Shown in pieces: positions 60,580-64,000 of a stretch of 64,000 bases of DNA. Every line of letters begins with the position of its first letter. The stretch's first letter is position 1. A program made the position numbers and the translations under genes. Below the pieces are notes generated by a model. It was not told where the DNA came from. It was given only the letters and a program-made list of their open reading frames with translations, and ran no database searches. This stretch comes from Psilocybe cubensis (lineage: Eukaryota), in contig CM039009.1 in assembly GCA_017499595.2 (NCBI GenBank), forward strand, positions 806,001 through 870,000. Direction: 5' to 3'.

Positions 60580-62597
60580 ACAGTAGAAACTGATGCCGCT
60601 ACTCACTGAAGGATTTCACTACAGGATTCGAAGAGTTCGCATCCTGGAACAGTGCGAACCGTCTAATGGATACCACGAACGCTAACCAGAGTCGGCCAGG
60701 CTTCTTCGTGCGTGTTCAGTGCGACGGTTTCAGTCAGTTCTTGATAGACTTTCTGGGCAGCGAGCGTGCAAGCATGTTTGGTTTAACAGTAAGAATGGAA
60801 CCTGTGCTATCGGCTCGCAGACGCAATTCATAGTGTCAAGCTTTGGGTAGGTATGCGGGAAGTACGCCTGCCTAGGCAGAGTTAGCTGAAATCAAGCCCA
60901 AATTTTATGGCTATTTGCGCCGCAATATTATGATTCGCAGAAGCCCCCGATGCGAAGAATCGAGGGGATATTGCTCCCCAGGAAAGTTTCTACAGGTGAA
61001 GAGGCTAGTGTACGGAAAGTCGGGTCAAAGACGCGAATCGAGCCGGAGGCTCCAGGCTGTTGTGGACTAGCTTGTTTGCGTTTTTATGTCTGTGGCACTG
61101 GCTCGTGGCGTCTAAGAGACGTAGTGGCGCTTTCATAAAGTAAACAGTATGCGCTGCTAATAGGATGTCGATTGCTTCCTGGCTTCTCCTTGTTGTATAC
61201 CCTTAGGGGTATAAAACTCAGAGCATCAGAAACCTGTCGCTGGAAAATATCAACGACGGGTTCGCTATCAGAATGAGGACGGGAAACATGGATGAACAGC
61301 GAAAGTGAATAGACCAGCGTTCAATGTTTTGTATTACCCCACTGTAGGTAATTACGCAGGATGCCAGTACATTTCTGAACAAGTACTACTTCTCCCTCAT
61401 TCATAGCCAGCACTGACGCTCGTGCCAATCGGACCTTTGCCACAGCTCCAGGTGCTACAATGTCCTGATAGACCCAAAAAGCGACTGGGTAGCTAGATAG
61501 TCGTTCAAATCGGAGTAATGGTATTGTCTTGATAAAGGCCAAGTCGACATCCGAAGCAATAAGTAGGCATCGAGATGAAGTCCCTTGCAAATAAAGGAGG
61601 GCGAACAACGACCCATCGGACCTGCACATCGATGCGAACACGATGCTCTTGCGTGTTTATCGATCACACAATGATCAATTTCGAGGATATAGGAGGTGCA
61701 TTCGCTTGAGGATGAGCCTTTTACTGTATCGATGCTATCGTTCCACATACTGGAGAGGGGTGAAAGGGTGGAGCGTTGCACGGTCAACACGGGTGATCCT
61801 GACGACTCCGCATTCCTATAAAATGTCCGTTTAATTCATTGTCCGTTTTCTATTCTGTTTACGTTGCGACGAGGCACGCTGGAGTGATGGAGTGATAAGA
61901 AACAAAAAGAAGTGGGGATACGGAGAGTTGCAAGTGTAATGAAGTTCAGAGAAATGAAGTGAACGGGATCCACGGGCATTGATATAGAGAGCCAGGGAAA
62001 GAGAAATTGACCGCAGATTGAAAAAGAGATGTGCAAATACAAATCATAACTAGTGTACAACAGCAACTGCAGGGAGAGTTGAACTAACTAATCGGTTTAA
62101 GCTTTGCTACTCACTGAGTATGTTACAAAATGTACATTCAATGTCATGTATCGGGTATCTTCATTGGAGCTTGTGCTTCTGGCTGGCGGGGCTGATCCTG
62201 CAGTTGGTTCTCAGGTAGCAAAGGCCTACGTTCAGGTATGTTTTTTGCATCGTTACAGCAACAGCATTTACATAGATTCTCCGTGAATGCATGCCCTGAA
62301 ACTTGCGATTAATGTTCCGAATGTCAAAAGCGAGTCAAAAGAACAGACGCACGAAGTGAGATAAAGTCAATGCAAAATCCTGTACACACTTGACAGCAGC
62401 CAGTGAGCAAAACAGCGCATACTTCGTCAGACATTTCTGACCCTCTGCGATGTCAGTTAAAAGTGGCAGAGACGATGTGAATGTTGGCCCGCCAAGGATT
62501 GCCGCCGTGTGACTAAGCGTTATTTGTCCTTGTTTATTTCCCCATTAATTCAGTTCTACTTGTCCTTTCTCCAGCCGTGATCTTGAACTCTACGACC

Positions 62598-64000
62598 ATG
62601 GACGGTCCTTTGTTTGTCAGGGGAGCTAGAGGTCGTGGAGGAGCTACTCGAGAGGGTGCAAGAGGTGGTCGAGGAACTTGGCCTCATTCACGAAACAAGC
62701 ACTGGTCAACAGCAGATGGCACCTCACGAAGCCATACGCCCAACTCGGACAGCGAACGTTGGGAACGAGGTGGACATCGGGGAGGTGGAAGAGGGAGAGG
62801 AGCCCCTCGAGGCGCACCAAGGAAATTTCCAAACGTTACGCTTCGCGTCAACCATGCAACTACCCAGCAGCACCATGCGGCTGCAGATATCGAACATATT
62901 CAACCAGACGAGTCGTACCTTCAACCCGAGGAGGAGGAAGAACACTATGAGGAGGAACAAGAAGCTGAAGAAGATGAAATTTACGAAGAAGAGGTGGAGC
63001 AGGTGCAAGAAACAGTAGCAGAAGAGACGGAAACTGGTCGACTCATTCCCGAGATTCATGAACCTGAGCTCGAGACGGCTGAAGAACGAGAGAAGTTCTA
63101 TCAAGAGGTTCGCCTATTCTACGCCCATAATATTACTGGGATCTCACACCACATATTTGCAGTTGGTCAAAGCCAGAGAAATTGAAAGGAAAAGGGCTAT
63201 CGCTGAGGGGAAAATGGACGACCCACTGGTCCCCAAACGACTGGAGGATGCGATATCTATTGTTGGGACATGTATGCATATGTGCCCTAGATTTGAAAGG
63301 TATCGACGCGAACGTGAAAACAATCTATTTGAATGGGAAACAGTGAGTGCCTTCAACCTCGTATCCGCATGAGAAAACTACTCTGATCGCTTTCCAGATC
63401 CCTGGCACCAAAAGGGTCGACCACAACCGTGCAGTCAAGATGTACGAGCGTGCAGCTGGCGACAAGACCCTGCCCTCCGATCTACGGCCTCCACTCATTC
63501 TCAAGGTCAGCCAGATACCCACACCTCTACAGCGCTATCTTTAACATTGTACACTCAGTGCACACTTGACTACCTCTTTCACGACCTTCTCCCCCGTGGT
63601 GGTTTCTCTGCTACATTCAACTTCATCCGAGATCGTAGCCGAGCTGTCCGCAATGATTTTACCATGCAGCACATCACAGGCCCCCTTGCAATTGAATGTC
63701 ACGATCGCTGTGCTCGTTTCCACATTCTTGCCCTTCATTTCGAACGCGATAGACCTGGGTTCTCTCTTCCCTTGGAAGAGCAACAGCTCATGAACAGTGC
63801 GTGTATCGTCACCCATTCCATAGTCTTGTTACTAACAGCAAATGTGAAGCTCTTCAAAGTTTGAAAGAGTTTTACCAAGATCAACGCGGCAGATATGATT
63901 CTCCAACGGAACTCGAAATGCGTGTGTACCACCGACTTATCCATATCCGTGATCAGAAGGAACGCCATGAAGACATCCCTGATTATATCCTTTCGCACCC
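62598..64000 (+). CDS. SAC3: SAC3/GANP domain protein (TREX-2 mRNA export factor Sac3-like), 5' part, truncated by window end
   Basis: RG-rich and acidic N-terminus; LEDAISIVGTCMHMCPRFERYRR, AVKMYERAAG..LPSDLRPP, FIRDRSRAVRNDFTMQ, ARFHIL. Confidence 0.88.

Noticed and set aside
61321-62290. Minus-strand ORF fragments upstream of SAC3
   Set aside because: Could not assemble a supported gene; no recognisable motif.

Overview
Intron-rich fungal DNA, probably a basidiomycete (agaric-like). The left ~40 kb holds a large imperfect inverted duplication, with arms at ~1-15598 and ~25782-38235. Each arm carries a three-gene module: a vWA protein, an orphan acidic/helical protein and an 80-aa orphan. 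The left copy is circularly permuted: its inner end is fused to a decayed copy of the promoter and 5' exons of the copper radical oxidase gene that lies outside the right arm. The left arm has a young, intact Ty3/Gypsy chromovirus insertion whose empty site is visible in the right arm, and it lacks an F-box gene present in the right arm. Between the arms sits a Gti1/Pac2 (WOPR) transcription factor gene in an extremely microsatellite-rich island. The right part has three adjacent carbohydrate-active genes (4xWSC copper radical oxidase, processive-type GT2, membrane-anchored GH16), two non-autonomous TIR elements and the 5' part of a SAC3/GANP gene. Exon boundaries and identity levels were judged by eye.
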